Source: Nemertoderma westbladi (lineage: Eukaryota > Animalia > Xenacoelomorpha). Taken from it: DNA of 64,000 nucleotides. Every line of letters begins with the position of its first letter. The stretch's first letter is position 1. Shown piece after piece: positions 12,963 to 26,396 of this stretch. A program made the position numbers and the translations under genes. Below the pieces are notes generated by a model. It had not been told where the DNA came from. It saw only the letters and a program-made list of their open reading frames with translations, and searched no databases. Location: NCBI GenBank assembly GCA_032718475.1, contig JAUCBJ010006059.1:17727-81726 (forward strand), written 5' to 3'.

Positions 12963-15519
12963 GTCAGTAAGACGTCAATAATTACCTAATTACCGTTACA
13001 ATGTGGAAATGTTTTAATAATAATTAATTAAAAACGTGGGAGTGCAATTTAGCATAATTTTGTCGATTACAGACAATGCGGTTCACAGATACACTTCGCG
13101 GTGACAACAAGATTACAGCGCTGTCAAAGTGCGTTCGTTCTAAACGTGACGCAAAACTAGAACTAAGAAAAACTATAACAAAGGCCAAGAAAACTCGCAA
13201 TATTTATCATGTGAAATTTGGAATTCAGTAACTGAGATTTACTCAGATTATTATCGCAATTAGAAACGCCCTTTCTCGTTACATTATTAAACGAGGCCAG
13301 CCCTACAAGAACAATTGGATTAAGATTCCATTATGATGTGACAGCATAATTGTCTCATCAGTTAGCGGGGTTGTATTGAACTTCTCATTCTTCTATCCTA
13401 TTCGTTTTCAGATTTGGACACTCATCAGCCTCACAGATTTGAATTAATAGTGGAATATCTGTCAGAATATGGAACTATTTATCGACATAAATTAAGTTGA
13501 TGACAGTAATTTCGATATGAGACTCAATTAACCTTTTTAAATTTATCCCGCCCTGCACTACTGTAAAGAGAGCCTATTCCTTCATTTCTTTCGTAAATCA
13601 CTCTGTAGTATTGCGTTCAGAAATGCTGGAATTCTGCGGGTAGGATTTTTCACTCACTCACCCCCCAAAAAGGTGGACTTTCCGTGTGCAGCAATTCCCT
13701 GTGTGTGTACTCCCACAATTTTTAAATAAGCGACATTGATATTTTCAGTATATTTCTAGAACTACTGTCTGAATTTCTGCGCGGAGAAATGGCGGAGGTG
13801 AAGAGGTCCATAAATATGACCTCTAATGGTATATTATTCCTCGCGATATTTTTACAATAATTCTCTTGACTCTACTGTAACACATGGTGATTAGCCCACA
13901 ATTCCATTTGTATCCTCACGACTAAAGTAGTAGGATATGGTATCCTCCATATCACACCGAAACCACCGTAATGATTTACAGTACCATTAGGCCAACGCCA
14001 GAGCAATTTTGGAATTGTTCATTTTGGAGAATGGCTATTCATTGTGACGGGATCAGGGGATCCCGACCGGTTTATTGCGTTACGCGTCACCGTGTAATTG
14101 AGAAGAAGATAATAGTTTGTTGTTGTTGTTCTAATGTTGTTATAGATTAACTGATGACTGATATAGAATATGATAGCACAGTTGTCGATATATGCAGTAT
14201 AGTCTGCTGACCGGTAAATATATGATGGCGGTGACGGTACGAAATTGTCACCGATCTGCACTAGATGACTGATAACTGAACGACTGACCGGTAATGAGAT
14301 ATAATATATATATCTAATTATGGCTACACTACCTTGGCCTTCGTTCAGTGGATGCTCTCCGCTCCCATTGGTTAATATACTAATTCTCGCCTCCACCTCT
14401 GTGGGAGTGCTTCCCCCCCGCGGCTGTTACTTCCCCTCTCGAGGTAGCTTGAGCTCTAACCTCCTTTGTGTGTGGCCTTCGGGGCCGTGTGTTGTCCCCG
14501 TTATTGGGGGTGATACGAGATTAATTGTGATTAACCTCGTATCCCCAATATTGCTGAAAATGCCACTTCCCAACTTTATGGGGATAGTGAGGCGGAATTG
14601 AATCCGCTCACACTCCCCCCCATGCTATCTTCCCGGTGAGAAGATAGCATCACCTTCGAGTGCGCTTCAATCCCGCTGGAACCCGATCTACCATCGGGTG
14701 TGGGGTGGAGTCGGTTTTCCAGGCCGCTCCCTCTGGGTATGATATTACTACCCTCTCTTGGTGCAACTTCGACCTGTGTTGCACCAAGACATCTGGCGTC
14801 TCGGTTCGAGACATTTGTGGATTCTCACACAATTTTAAAAACCCTCTCACTCTGAACTCTGACTTCTCACTCTACTCTATCTTACTTCCTCTCTGCTCGC
14901 TTTAACTCCACCCTGAATTGCACTCCTGCACTCTCTCTCGCCAACACCTCCTCTCCAGACTTCTCTCGGGACTGCTCTTATACTCTCTACCACTCCCAAA
15001 GGCGCTAAATCTCTTATGCTACCCCTGTGCTATCATTCTATCTACCTTGCTACTTACTTCTTACTTACTACTTCCTATCTAACTCTCTTACTACTTACTT
15101 ACTTACTACTTACTTACTTACTACTTACTCCCTAATTCTACTAACTCTCTAACTCTAACTGGCTCTCTAACTCTACTAACTCTAACTAACTCCTAACTCT
15201 CTAACTCCTAACTCTACTAACTCTCTGACTCCTCTAAGTCTACTAACTCTCTACCTCTACTAACTCTCTAACCCTCTAACTAGAACTCTCTAACTCTACT
15301 AACTCTCTAACTCCTAACTCTACTAACTCTCATAAGTCTACTAACTCTCTTAAGTCTACTAACTCTCTACCTCTGCTAACTCTCTGACTACGTGGCGCTT
15401 TCGGTGCCCACAACCCCTCTGCTACTACCTCTGCGTGGCGCTTCCGGTGCCCACAACCCCTCTGCTACTCTTCTATCTACGTGGCGCTTTCAGTGCCCAC
15501 AACCCCTCTACTACTACTC

Positions 15520-15860
15520 GTGGCATGTCAATATACCACACTCCCTTACTGCCTACTTCTAACGGTACCACGTACCCCTCTACTCCCGTGGTATGTTTAT
15601 ATACCACACTCCCTATACCTGCCGACTTCTAACCCTATGGTACTACGTACCCTCCTACTCCCGTGGTATGTCTATATACCACACTCCCTATACCCGCCGA
15701 CTTCTAACCTAATGGTACTACGTACCCCCCTACTCCCATGGTATGTCTATATACCACACTCCCTACACCCGCCGACTTCTAACCAAACGGTACTACGTAC
15801 CCCCCTACTCCCGTGGTATGTCTATATACCACACTCCCTATACCCGCCGACTTCTAACGT
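15520..15860. repeat. 75-bp tandem repeat (about 4.5 copies) in the LTR element internal region
   Basis: TACTCCCGTGGTATG recurs at 15581, 15656, 15731, 15806; surrounded by CTAACT-rich low-complexity sequence. Confidence 0.85.
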
Positions 15861-16083
15861 TAACTAACTTCTACTAACTTTCTTACTTACCTACTATCTA
15901 ACTATCTACTACCTATCTGACTACTAACTTCTTACTAACTTCTACTGACTTCTACTTACTTATTATTTTATTATTTTTATTATTTTTAATTATTTATGTG
16001 TGGGAAGGGCGTCTCGCCCTCATCCCCACCCCCCTCAGTCCAAAATATTGGACGACTAAACTTCATCTAACTTCATCTAAACT

Positions 16084-16662
16084 TCAAGGGCGATTCTTCC
16101 AACAGGCACTCTCCCACTGCTCCCCTTGTAGGTCCTGTAGGATTCGCCACACTCTCCTCGCCAATTCCAACTCACCAGGAATTGGTTCTCCGTCTTCTGC
16201 CACCCTAAAATCGGGTCTCTCCGCCGCCTTCTTAATTTCCTCATTTCTTGGCAGCAAAATGCCACCCTTCGTCTGGTCGTCTCCTGGCGGTAGAATGAAA
16301 AGGAATCGGAAGAATAGATAAAACAGAACGGACAATAGTAATCCTATCCCTTTCCATCCTGTCTTCTTACTCGACCTCCCCCTTGTTGGTATGCCCCTCA
16401 ACTGGACCGGCGTCTCTTCCGGACACTCCTCTGGACACTCCTCCGGACACTCCTCCGGGTTGTCCTCCGGACATCTCGCCGTCCGCTCCTCTCCATCCCC
16501 ATACCGATACTTGCTGGGAACATCCTTGTTCCATCCCATTGTCTCTAAGTCTTCCGCATCAAATCCATTCTCCTCCGCCCACTCTCTTACTGTTACTTCT
16601 CCTTCTAGCTTATCTACCGTCTCTGGTTTCTCCTCTATGTCCTTAACGGTGCCTGGTAGCAT
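16084..16662 (-). CDS. Unknown acidic 192-aa ORF with one hydrophobic segment, inside the LTR element
   Basis: Sense to the element; PEEC repeats; GIGLLLSVLFYLFFRFLFILP. No family recognised. Confidence 0.35.
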   Translation of the reverse strand: MLPGTVKDIEEKPETVDKLEGEVTVREWAEENGFDAEDLETMGWNKDVPSKYRYGDGEERTARCPEDNPEECPEECPEECPEETPVQLRGIPTRGRSSKKTGWKGIGLLLSVLFYLFFRFLFILPPGDDQTKGGILLPRNEEIKKAAERPDFRVAEDGEPIPGELELARRVWRILQDLQGEQWESACWKNRP

Positions 16663-16671
16663 GCACCCTGA

Positions 16672-16907
16672 CTCTGTGGGAGTGCTCCCCTCCCCCCCCC
16701 CCCCCCCCCCCCCCGCTACTGTTACTTCCCCTCTCTAGGTAGCTTGATCTCTAACCTCCTTTGTGTGTGGCCTTCGGGGCCGTGTGTTGTCCCCGTTATT
16801 GGGGGTGATACGAGATTAATTGTGATTAACCTCGTATCCCCAATATTGCTGAAAACGCCAATTCCCAACTTTATGGGGATAGTGAGGCGGAATTGAATCC
16901 GCTCACA
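16672..16907 (-). repeat. Third, partial LTR copy (U3 end)
   Basis: Matches 14397-14612 and the last ~230 bp of the right LTR. Confidence 0.9.
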
Positions 16908-18164
16908 GAGTGCAGATCGGTGACAATTTCGTACTGTGACGGGATCAGGGGATCCCGACCGGTTTATTGCGTTACGCGTCACCGTGTAATTGAGAAGAAG
17001 ATAATAGTTTGTTGTTGTTGTTCTAATGTTGTTATAGATTAACTGATGACTGATATAGAATATGATAGCACAGTTGTCGATATATGCAGTATAGTCTGCT
17101 GACCGGTAAATATATGATGGCGGTGACGGTACGAAATTGTCACTGATCTGCACTAGATGACTGATAACTGAATGACTGACCGGTAATGAGATATAATATA
17201 TATATCTAATTATGGCTACACTACCTTGGCCTTCGTTCAGTGGATGCTCTCCGCTCCCATTGGTTAATATACTAATGCTCGCCTCCACCTCTGTGGGAGT
17301 GCTCCCCCCCCCCCCCCCCCCCCCCGCTGCTGTTACTTCCCCTCTCGAGGTAGCTTGACCTCTAACCTCCTTTGTGTGTGGCCTTCGGGGCCGTGTGTTG
17401 TCCCCGTTATTGGGGGTGATACGAGATTAATTGTGATTAACCTCGTATCCCCAATATTGCTGAAAACGCCACTTCCCAGCTTTATGGGGATAGTGAGGCG
17501 GAATTGAATCCGCTCACATTCATTGGAATATTTCTTTAAAAAAAAAAAAAATATACATTCAAAAATCCATGGAAGAAATTCATCATTGGAACTGGACAAT
17601 GTAATGTTAGTTCTGCCAACATATAATTAGAATTAGTCAATTAGAATTAGGAATTCACAACGGAAATTATAATATTCCATTGTGACAGCCTAATCAATCA
17701 GAAGAAGAATGATTGCAGGTTAAATAATCCAGCTCGGTCCTTCATATCTATCCTTCCATAACATTTTGCACCCTACAGGTTTAAAATAATTTGCATTAAT
17801 CCGCAAATTGATTACATTTCCCGATTGCCCTCGAAGACTGTAGAGGTACCGGTACTTGTACTATAAGTGTATAATATTGTATACCTAGACTGAGATTCCT
17901 AGTATATCCTATACTGTTAGCGTTGCAAGAAGGAATGACATTAATCAATCATTGATATATAATACAAAAGTCAATTATCCATACTTTCCTGTCATACTAA
18001 AATCCCAACTGAACCGAAAGAAAGAACACAAAAGAACAAACCAATAGAACCCCGCAATAATCTAATAGAACCCAAACAATAATCTAATGTGTTATGACGG
18101 ATAGCGAACAAAGGAGATAATCAAGATCGCCTAGAAATTCGATAATCGATGATCATAGGCATAC

Positions 18165-18310
18165 GGGAGGGGGGCAGGGAGCAGGGGGGCAGGGAGCAAG
18201 GGGGCAGGGAGAAGGGGGGCAGGGAGCAAGGGGGCAGGGAGCAGGGGGGCAGGGAGCAGGGGGCAGGGAGCAGGGGGCAGGGAGCCGGGGGGAGGGGGCA
18301 ATTGCACCCC
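18165..18310 (+). repeat. G-rich 15-bp tandem repeat (GGGGCAGGGAGCAGG)n
   Basis: About 8 copies ending in GGGGCAATTGCACCCC. Confidence 0.85.
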
Positions 18311-18565
18311 TGCCCCAAACCAAATTTCTTAGGGTTGAACTTACAGGCATAAATAAAGAAGGGCGAAATTTTTGAGTATTATAGTACTGCAAACGGAGAT
18401 TAGTTCCATTCCCTTACTCTTACGTCGATGATATTCTCATGATGAAAACCCAGTTTTATTTGATGATAATCGGTCTTCCCTCAATAACAGGCTATTGAGA
18501 ATACAATAAGTCGTACTTATAAGTCAAAATAATGAAGACCTATAAATAAATGAAACAGAGAGTAG

Positions 18566-21500
18566 TTATTAGGTCCGCGAAGCGAGACCTCTACTAGCCA
18601 CTCCGTTACTAGGTCCACAAAGCGATACCTCTAGTAGCCACTCCGTTATTAGGTCCGCGAAGCGAGACCTCTAGTAGCCACTCCATTATTAGGTCCATGA
18701 AGCAAGACCTCTAGTAGCCACTCCGTTATTAGGTCCGCGAAGTGAGACCTCTAGAAGCCACTCCGTTATTAGGTCCGCGAAGCGAGACCTCTAGTAGCCA
18801 CTCCATTATTAGGTCCGTGAAGCAAGACCTCTAGTAGCCACTCCATTATTAGGTCCGCAAAGCGAGACCTCTAGTAGCCACTCCGTTATTAGGTCCGTGA
18901 AGCAAGACCTCTAGTAGCAACCCCATTATTAGGTCCGTGAAGCAAGACCTCTAGTAGCCACTCCATTATTACGTCCACGAAGCAAGACCTCTAGTAGCCA
19001 CTCCGTTATTAGGTCCGCGAAGCGAGACCTCTAGTAGCCACTCCAATATTAGGTCCGTGAAGCAAGACCTCTAGTAGCCACTCCGTTACTAGGTCCGCGA
19101 AGCGAGACCTCTAGTAGCAACCCCATTATTAGGTCCATGAAGCAAGACCTCTCGTAGCCACTCCGTTATTAGGTCCATGAAGCGAGACCTCTAGTGGCCA
19201 CTCCGTTATTAGGTCCGTGAAGCGAGACCTCTAGTAGCCACTCCATTATTAAGTCCGTGAAGCGAGACCTCTAGTAGCCACTCCGTTATTAGGTCCGCGA
19301 AGCGAGACCTCTAGTAGCCACACCATTATTAGGTCCATGAAGCAAGACCTCTAGTAGCCACTCCGTTATTAGGTCCGCAAAGCGAGACCTCTAGTAGCCA
19401 CTCCATTATTAGGTCCGTGAAGCAAGACCTCTAGTAGCCACTCTGTTATTAGGTCTGCAAAGCGAGACCTTTAGTAGCCACTCCATTATTACAGTAGGTC
19501 CACAAAGCGAGACCTCTAATAGCCACTCTGTTATTACAGTAGGTCCACGAAGAGAGACCTCTAATAGCCAATCCGTTATAAGGTTAGCAAAGCGAGACCT
19601 CTAGTTGCCACTCCGTTATTAGGTCCGCGAAGCGAGACCTCTAGTTGCCACTCCATTATTAGGTCCGCAAAGCGAGACCTCTAGTAACCACTCCGTTATT
19701 AGGTCCGCGAAGCTAAACCTCTAGTAGCCATTCCGTTATTAGGTCCGCAAAGCGAGACCTCTAGTTGCCACTCTGTTATTAGGTCCGCGAAGTGAGACCT
19801 CTAGTAGCCACTCCGTTATTAGGTCCACGAAGCAAAACCTCTAGTAGCCACTCCGTTATTAGGTCCGCAAAGCGAGACTTTTAGTAGCCACTCCGTTATT
19901 ACAGTAGTTCCACGAAGCGAGACCTCTAGTAGCCACTCTATTATTACAGTAGGTCCACGAAGCGAGACCTCTAGTAGCCATTCCGTTATTACAGTAGGTC
20001 CACGAAGCGAGACCTCTAGTAGCCACTCCATTATTACAGTAGGTCCACGAAGAGAGACCTCTAATAGCCACTCCGTTATTAGGTCTGCAAAGCGAGACCT
20101 CTAGTTGCCACTCCATTATTAGGTCCGCGAAGCGAGACCTTTAGTAGCCACTCCATTATTACAGAAGGTCCACAAAGCAAGACCTCTAATAGCCACTCCG
20201 TTATTACAGTAGGTCCACGAAGAGAGACCTCTAATAGCCAATCCGTTATTAGGTCCGCAAAGCGAGACCTCTAGTTGCCACTCCGTTATTAGGTCCGCGA
20301 AGCGAGACCTCTAGTTGCCACTCCGTTATTAGGTCCGCAAAGCGAGACCTCTAGTAACCACTCCATTATTAGGTCCGCGAAGCTAAACCTCTAGTAGCCA
20401 TTCCATTATTAGGTCCGGAAAGCGAGACCTCTAGTTGCCACTCCATTATTAGGTCCGCGAAGCGAGACCTCTAGTTGCCACTCCGTTGTTAGGTCCACGA
20501 AGCGAGACCTCTAGTAGCCACTCCGTTATTACAGTAGGTCCACAAAGAGAGACCTCTAATAGCCAATCCGTTATTAGGTCCGCAAAGCGAGACCTCTAGT
20601 TGCCACTCCGTTATTAGGTCCGCAAAGCGAGACTTTTAGTAGCCACTCCGTTATTACAGTAGTTCCACGAAGTGAGACCTCTAGTAGCCACTCTATTATT
20701 ACAGTAGGTCCACGAAGCGAGACCTCTAGTAGCCATTCCGTTATTACAGTAGGTCCACGAAGCGAGACCTCTAGTAGCCACTCCATTATTACAGTAGGTC
20801 CACGAAGAGAGACCTCTAATAGCCACTCCATTATTAGGTCTGCAAAGCGAGACCTCTAGTTGCCACTCCGTTATTAGGTCCGCGAAGCGAGACCTTTAGT
20901 AGCCACTCCATTATTACAGAAGGTCCACAAAGCAAGACCTCTAATAGCCACTCCGTTATTACAGTAGGTCCACGAAGAGAGACCTCTAATAGCCAATCCG
21001 TTATTAGGTCCGCAAAGCGAGACCTCTAGTTGCCACTCCGTTATTAGGTCCGCGAAGCGAGACCTCTAGTTGCCACTCCGTTATTAGGTCCGCAAAGCGA
21101 GACCTCTAGTAACCACTCCGTTATTAGGTCCGCGAAGCTAAACCTCTAGTAGCCATTCCATTATTAGGTCCGCAAAGCGAGACCTCTAGTTGCCACTCCA
21201 TTATTAGGTCCGCGAAGCGAGACCTCTAGTTGCCACTCCATTGTTAGGTCCACGAAGCGAGACCTCTAGTAGCCACTCCGTTATTACAGTAGGTCCACAA
21301 AGAGAGACCTCTAATAGCCAATCCGTTATTAGGTCCGCAAAGCGAGACCTCTAGTTGCCACTCCGTTATTAGGTCCGCGAAGCGAGACCTCTAGTTGCCA
21401 CTCCATTATTAGGTCCGCAAAGCGAGACCTCTAGTAACCACTCCGTTATTAGGTCCGCGAAGCTAAACCTCTAGTAGCCATTCCGTTATTAGGTCCGCAA

Positions 21501-22869
21501 AGCGAGACCTCTAGTTGCCACTCCATTATTAGGTCCGCGAAGTGAGACCTCTAGTAGCCACTCGGTTATTAGGTCCGCGAAGCAAAACCTCTAATAGCCA
21601 CTCCATTATTAGGTCTGCAAAGCGAGACCTCTAGTTGCCACTCCGTTATTAGGTCCGCGAAGCGAGACCTCTAGTTGCCACTCCGTTATTAGGTCAGCGA
21701 AGCGAGACTTCTAGTAGCCACTCCGTTATTACAGTAGTTCCACGAAGCGAGACCTCTAGTAGCCACTCCATTATTACAGTAGGTCCACGAAGCAAAACCT
21801 CTAGTAGCCACTCCGTTATTAGGTCCGCGAAGCTAAACCTCTAGTAGCCACTCCGTTATTAGGTCCGCGAAGCGAGACCTCTAGTTGCCACTCTGTTATT
21901 AGGTCCATGAAGCGAAACCTCTAGTAGCCACTCTGTTATTAGGTCCGCAAAGCGAGACCTTTAGTAGCCACTCCATTATTAGGTCCGTGAAGCAAGACCT
22001 CTAGTAGCCACTCTGTTATTAGGTCCGCAAAGCGAGACCTTTAGTAGCCACTCCATTATTACAGAAGGTCCACAAAGCAAGACCTCTAATAGCCACTCCG
22101 TTATTACAGTAGGTCCACGAAGAGATCTCTAATAGCCAATCCGTTATTTGGTCCGCAAAGCGAGACCTCTAGTTGCCACTCCGTTATTAGGTCCGCGAAG
22201 CGAGACCTCTAGTTGCCACCCCGTTATTAGGTCCGCGAAGCGAGACCTCTAGTTGCCACTCTGTTATTAGGTCCGCGAAGCTAAACCTCTAGTAGCCACT
22301 CCGTTATTAGGTCCGCGAAGCAAAACCTCTAGTAGCCACTCCATTATTAGGTCCGCAAAGCTAGACTTCTAGTAGCCACTCCGTTATTACAGTAGTTCCA
22401 CGAAGCGAGACCTCTAGTAGCCACTCTGTTATTAGGTCCATGAAGCGAAACCTCTAGTAGCCACTCCGTTATTAGGTCCGCGAAGCGAGACCTCTAGTTG
22501 CCACTCTGTTATTAGGTCCGCGAAGTGAAACCTCTAGTAGCTACTCCCTTATTAAGTCCGCGAAGTGAGACCTCTAGTTGCCACTCCATTATTAGGTCCG
22601 CAAAGCAAGGCCTCTAGTAGCCACTCCGTTATTAGGTCCGCGAAGCGAAACCTCCAGTAGCCTGCTCCGTTATTAGGTCCACGAAGCGAAACCTCTAGTA
22701 GCCACTCCATTATTAGGTCCGCGAAGCAAGACCTCTAGTTGCCACTCCGTTGTTAGGTCCACGAAGCGAGACCTCTAGTAGCCACTCCGTTATTAGGTCC
22801 GTGAAGGAAGACCTCTAGTAGCCACTCCGTTATTAGGTCCACGAAGCGAGACCTCTAGTAGCCACTCCC
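18566..22869. repeat. 40/45-bp minisatellite, 4.3 kb, KChIP intron 1
   Basis: Unit AGCGAGACCTCTAGTAGCCACTCCGTTATTAGGTCCGCGA; the 45-bp variant has ACAGT inserted. Confidence 0.97.
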
Positions 22870-23613
22870 TTTGTTGTTGGGTTTGATGTTTGTGTTGTTG
22901 TTGATTTCTATATTGCTTTTGATAACTTGGTACGGTTTGGTAGAGCGTTGGAATTCGAGAGAACCCGCTTCAATCCCACATTCAGATGTTATGTTTTTCA
23001 AAGAAAATATTTAGGTTTTGTAAAATTGGTTTAATTGAAACTGGAAAGCATGAAGCAGGTTGTTAGTAAGAAGCCATTCAAGGAGTAGAAGTTAATGAGT
23101 TATTATATTGCGGACCTTTGAGGGATTTCGCACTTGTTTCTAACTCAAACAACACATGATTTACTACAAAGTACACTACTAAAAAATTTTGCGGATCATA
23201 TGTTTATTCATGGAAATTCTGCGTAAATTTGCATAACGCAAGCCAAACAAAAGGAACAGTAGGGAAAAGTAAGTAACAAATTGGTGATGTTCCAGAATAA
23301 TTTAATTAATTTCACAATAAGCTGTGATTCAATGGGAAATTAGTAATTATTTACACTGGCGTGTTACACATTAATTGCTATAGATTATATTAGTAGTATA
23401 CTTACATGATGTACATGATTTACTATATATATTAATTGTTATAGATGTGGGATTTATTAGGTGGGTTATATGAGATTATCATTTTCACTTAAGGCCAATA
23501 CAGTTATATTTATGGACTCATAATATATATCTAATCATAAGGAATCTAGAATGTCACATCTTATATTGTATATAGTGTATAGCGTATATATAGTGTATTG
23601 TATATATTTTTAG

Positions 23614-23773
23614 ACATGAAATAAAAATGATATATCGGAGTTTCAAGCAGGAGTGTCCGTCTGGGGTGGTGGATGAGACCACATTCACGTATATCTACAA
23701 CCAATTCTTTCCGCTAGGCAAGTCCGATGAATATTCACATTGTGTGTTCCGTAACATCGATAAGAATAAAGCG
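23614..23773 (+). CDS. KCNIP: KChIP exon 2 (EF1 and start of EF2)
   Basis: TTTTTAG acceptor; HEIKMIYRSFKQECPSGVVDETTF..IYNQFFPLG; donor GCG|GTGAGT. Confidence 0.93.
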
Positions 23774-25377
23774 GTGAGTTGTTGTATTATAGCGTTACTA
23801 AATAAGTTTTAATAAAATAATAAGAATTATTTATTACATGAGAAACAAGTATGCTTTTTTCCCCGATGATTATAAGATGAGCGTTTAATTACATCAAAGT
23901 AATTAAAATTGATTAAAATAAGCCGGTAATCGGGTTCGACCCGCGATTGGATTTGATCCTGAATCGCTATTGTGGTGTCGCTGTCGCAGCGGTCGGGCGC
24001 TGTTTCTTCAGTCATTTAATCAACAAATAGTTATCGCACAATTACAGGAATTGGCAAAGGGGGAAGAAAATGTGGTCTTTGCCCCCTCTGTAACAAAAGT
24101 TCCCGTGCGCTTATGATATTTCCGGTATGCTGTGTGCCTGTGCCCGTGCTTTGAACTGTCCACTGTGACTACTTCATCCTGGAATACCACCGCTATGCAT
24201 CGCGCACTGTGCTCGCATATATTAGCTCCTCCTCTTTATCAACAGCAATTCAAGATGTTGCTGCATCGTGAACAATATAATCTTTTCCTTTCATGTGACC
24301 GCATCATTTGCATATCCAAATCTGTTCCCCGCGCGATTTTAATAAGTTTCCCAGCTCAAACCGTTGTACATCTATCCACCCATAACCCATGCCGATATTA
24401 ACGTAGGCCGATCTCTCCAAAATAATATTGACGCAATCCACACTTGGCTTATGCATAAGTGGGTGTAAGTAGTTCCTTTAATGCAGTACCAGAGCAATCA
24501 ATTCCCTCAATAAATGGATGCGATCGCAACATCACAACTTAATCCATCACTCCATTCCTTACTGTCTGTAATATCCGTTCTTTGGTGCAAATACATCGTA
24601 ACTCATTAAGCAGTCTTTACCTTCGTATTAATAAATCATCTAACTCTTTGATCGGTGCTGTAAGGTTTTGTTGCCGTCCTTCTTCAGCCCTGTTTGAGTC
24701 TTTTAATATTTATTGTAAATAACGGCGCCTTGTATGTATCTTACTCCATTTATATTCATATTTAGTTATCATATTTATTAATGTCTGTACTTACATATTC
24801 CTTACGGTTGTGCTCTAGTTTTTACTCTATGGCTTTATAACTTTGCTGAATTAAATAATTAAAAAAAAAAAATATGAAGTGTGGATTAAGCACTGCTTGG
24901 TCTCCTATTCGCTAGTAATTATAAGTACAATGATAGTTGGTGATTAGTATGATAGTCGTCAGATACATAGATCAGCAGATTTATTATTACTATTATTAGT
25001 TTAGTTCCTTGCACAAGTGAAACTTGTTAATTATTTATGAAAACCTCCCATTCTATTCTCTCAATACACATTCGAGTCATAACGCTCCGATTATGCTAGA
25101 CCTACTCTAATTTTTGTTCCAAGCCGCTTCCAACTCCAAATGTTCCTCTGATTTTGGCTTAACTGTGTGCTAGTTTCTATTGAATCCCCCTGGAAAAATA
25201 ATCCCTTGATTGGGGATTCATTCTAACCTAGGTTGAAATGAATGTCCTTCGAAAGTTGGCGGGATGGTTTGTGGCTAGTTTGTAATGAATCCCATAAAAA
25301 TGACTCCCAAATCATTTCAACCTAGGATAAGCCTACTATATTTTGTCGAAATCATATTTATTTTATTCCAAAATTGT

Positions 25378-25745
25378 AACATTACTCATCGCCGTTAGTA
25401 TTAACAGCGAGTTGTTATTTAGCACTTTACAACTTTTGAGGACATTACAGCATTGTGTTGGCTTGTATTGGTGTTATTCAGTTAAGTAATTAATGTCCCA
25501 TTAGCGGACATTACAACACGCCGTCATTGGTTAGCACTTAAACAATAGTGGTATTTGCCTGACAGCCAGATAGGCCTACTGCATTACCTACCGGTAGGCG
25601 GGGTATAGCTATTAATAACCAGTAGCTATAAACTATTAACATGGCTCCAAACGCCACCATAAATATAAGCTAACTTATTTATAACATAATTTATGTAATT
25701 TTTACATTTATTTAATTTGTGCAGTTTCTATCACTTATAATATAT
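25378..25745. repeat. Inverted copy of the 5817-6235 repeat
   Basis: Reverse-complement similarity over about 370 bp. Confidence 0.8.
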
Positions 25746-25957
25746 ATACAATCATTTCGTAATGTTAAATTTTGGAATAAACCTACATTCATACTTGTTG
25801 CAAAGTACTTTACAGTGTTCTTATCCTCGGGAATTTATTTTCACTCACTCACTACGTTCGTTCGTGTAACAAAGCACTCGTATCATCACACTGTAAAGTG
25901 CTACTTTACACACAAGTATGTAAATAGGACAGGTATTACAGTATACTTTCAAGATCA

Positions 25958-26122
25958 AGACAGGGGGTAAACAGGACGCAAATCCCGCCTTGGCGAAGTA
26001 ATATCCCGCCTCAATGTTAAATGCTCAATTTAGGGAAAGGAGCAGGTTACAGTGGCACGTTATTTTAACCAAAACATTAAACTAAGCACAATAGAACAGG
26101 TTACAGTTTTATTTTTGAGAGT
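25958..26122 (+). mobile_element. MITE terminal module, inverted partner at 28290-28453
   Basis: CAATTTAGGGAAAGGAGCAGGTTACAG..ACAGGTTACAGTTTTATTTTTGAGAGT; related pieces at about 2655-2742, 32779-32870, 46078-46130. Confidence 0.7.
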
Positions 26123-26396
26123 TCACGTTCTCGTGACCATTACTATAAAAATACTTATAAAAAGCGTGGAAACAATCATACCTTATTAAGAGTGCATGTC
26201 ACTCACTATTTAACCTGAATATCCTTGCAGGGATTCATTCACCACACGTGCGTGTCATTTTCACTAAAGTCAACACTTGAGTAGCTTGTTGACTAGCAGC
26301 CACATCCCGATTGACAGCTTGTTAAGGTATAGACGAAGTGGAGAGCCTGGAGTTGTATAAGGAGATTCGCGAGTACTCTCAATATACTCTTAACGA

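Larger units (their letters stand above)
14043..17518 (-). mobile_element. Non-autonomous LTR retroelement (LARD-like) in KChIP intron 1
   Basis: Near-identical TG..CA LTRs 14043-14612 and 16935-17518; 5-bp TSD TTCAT (14038-14042, 17519-17523); polypurine tract next to the left LTR on the minus strand (14613-14621); no gag/pol motifs seen. Confidence 0.92.
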
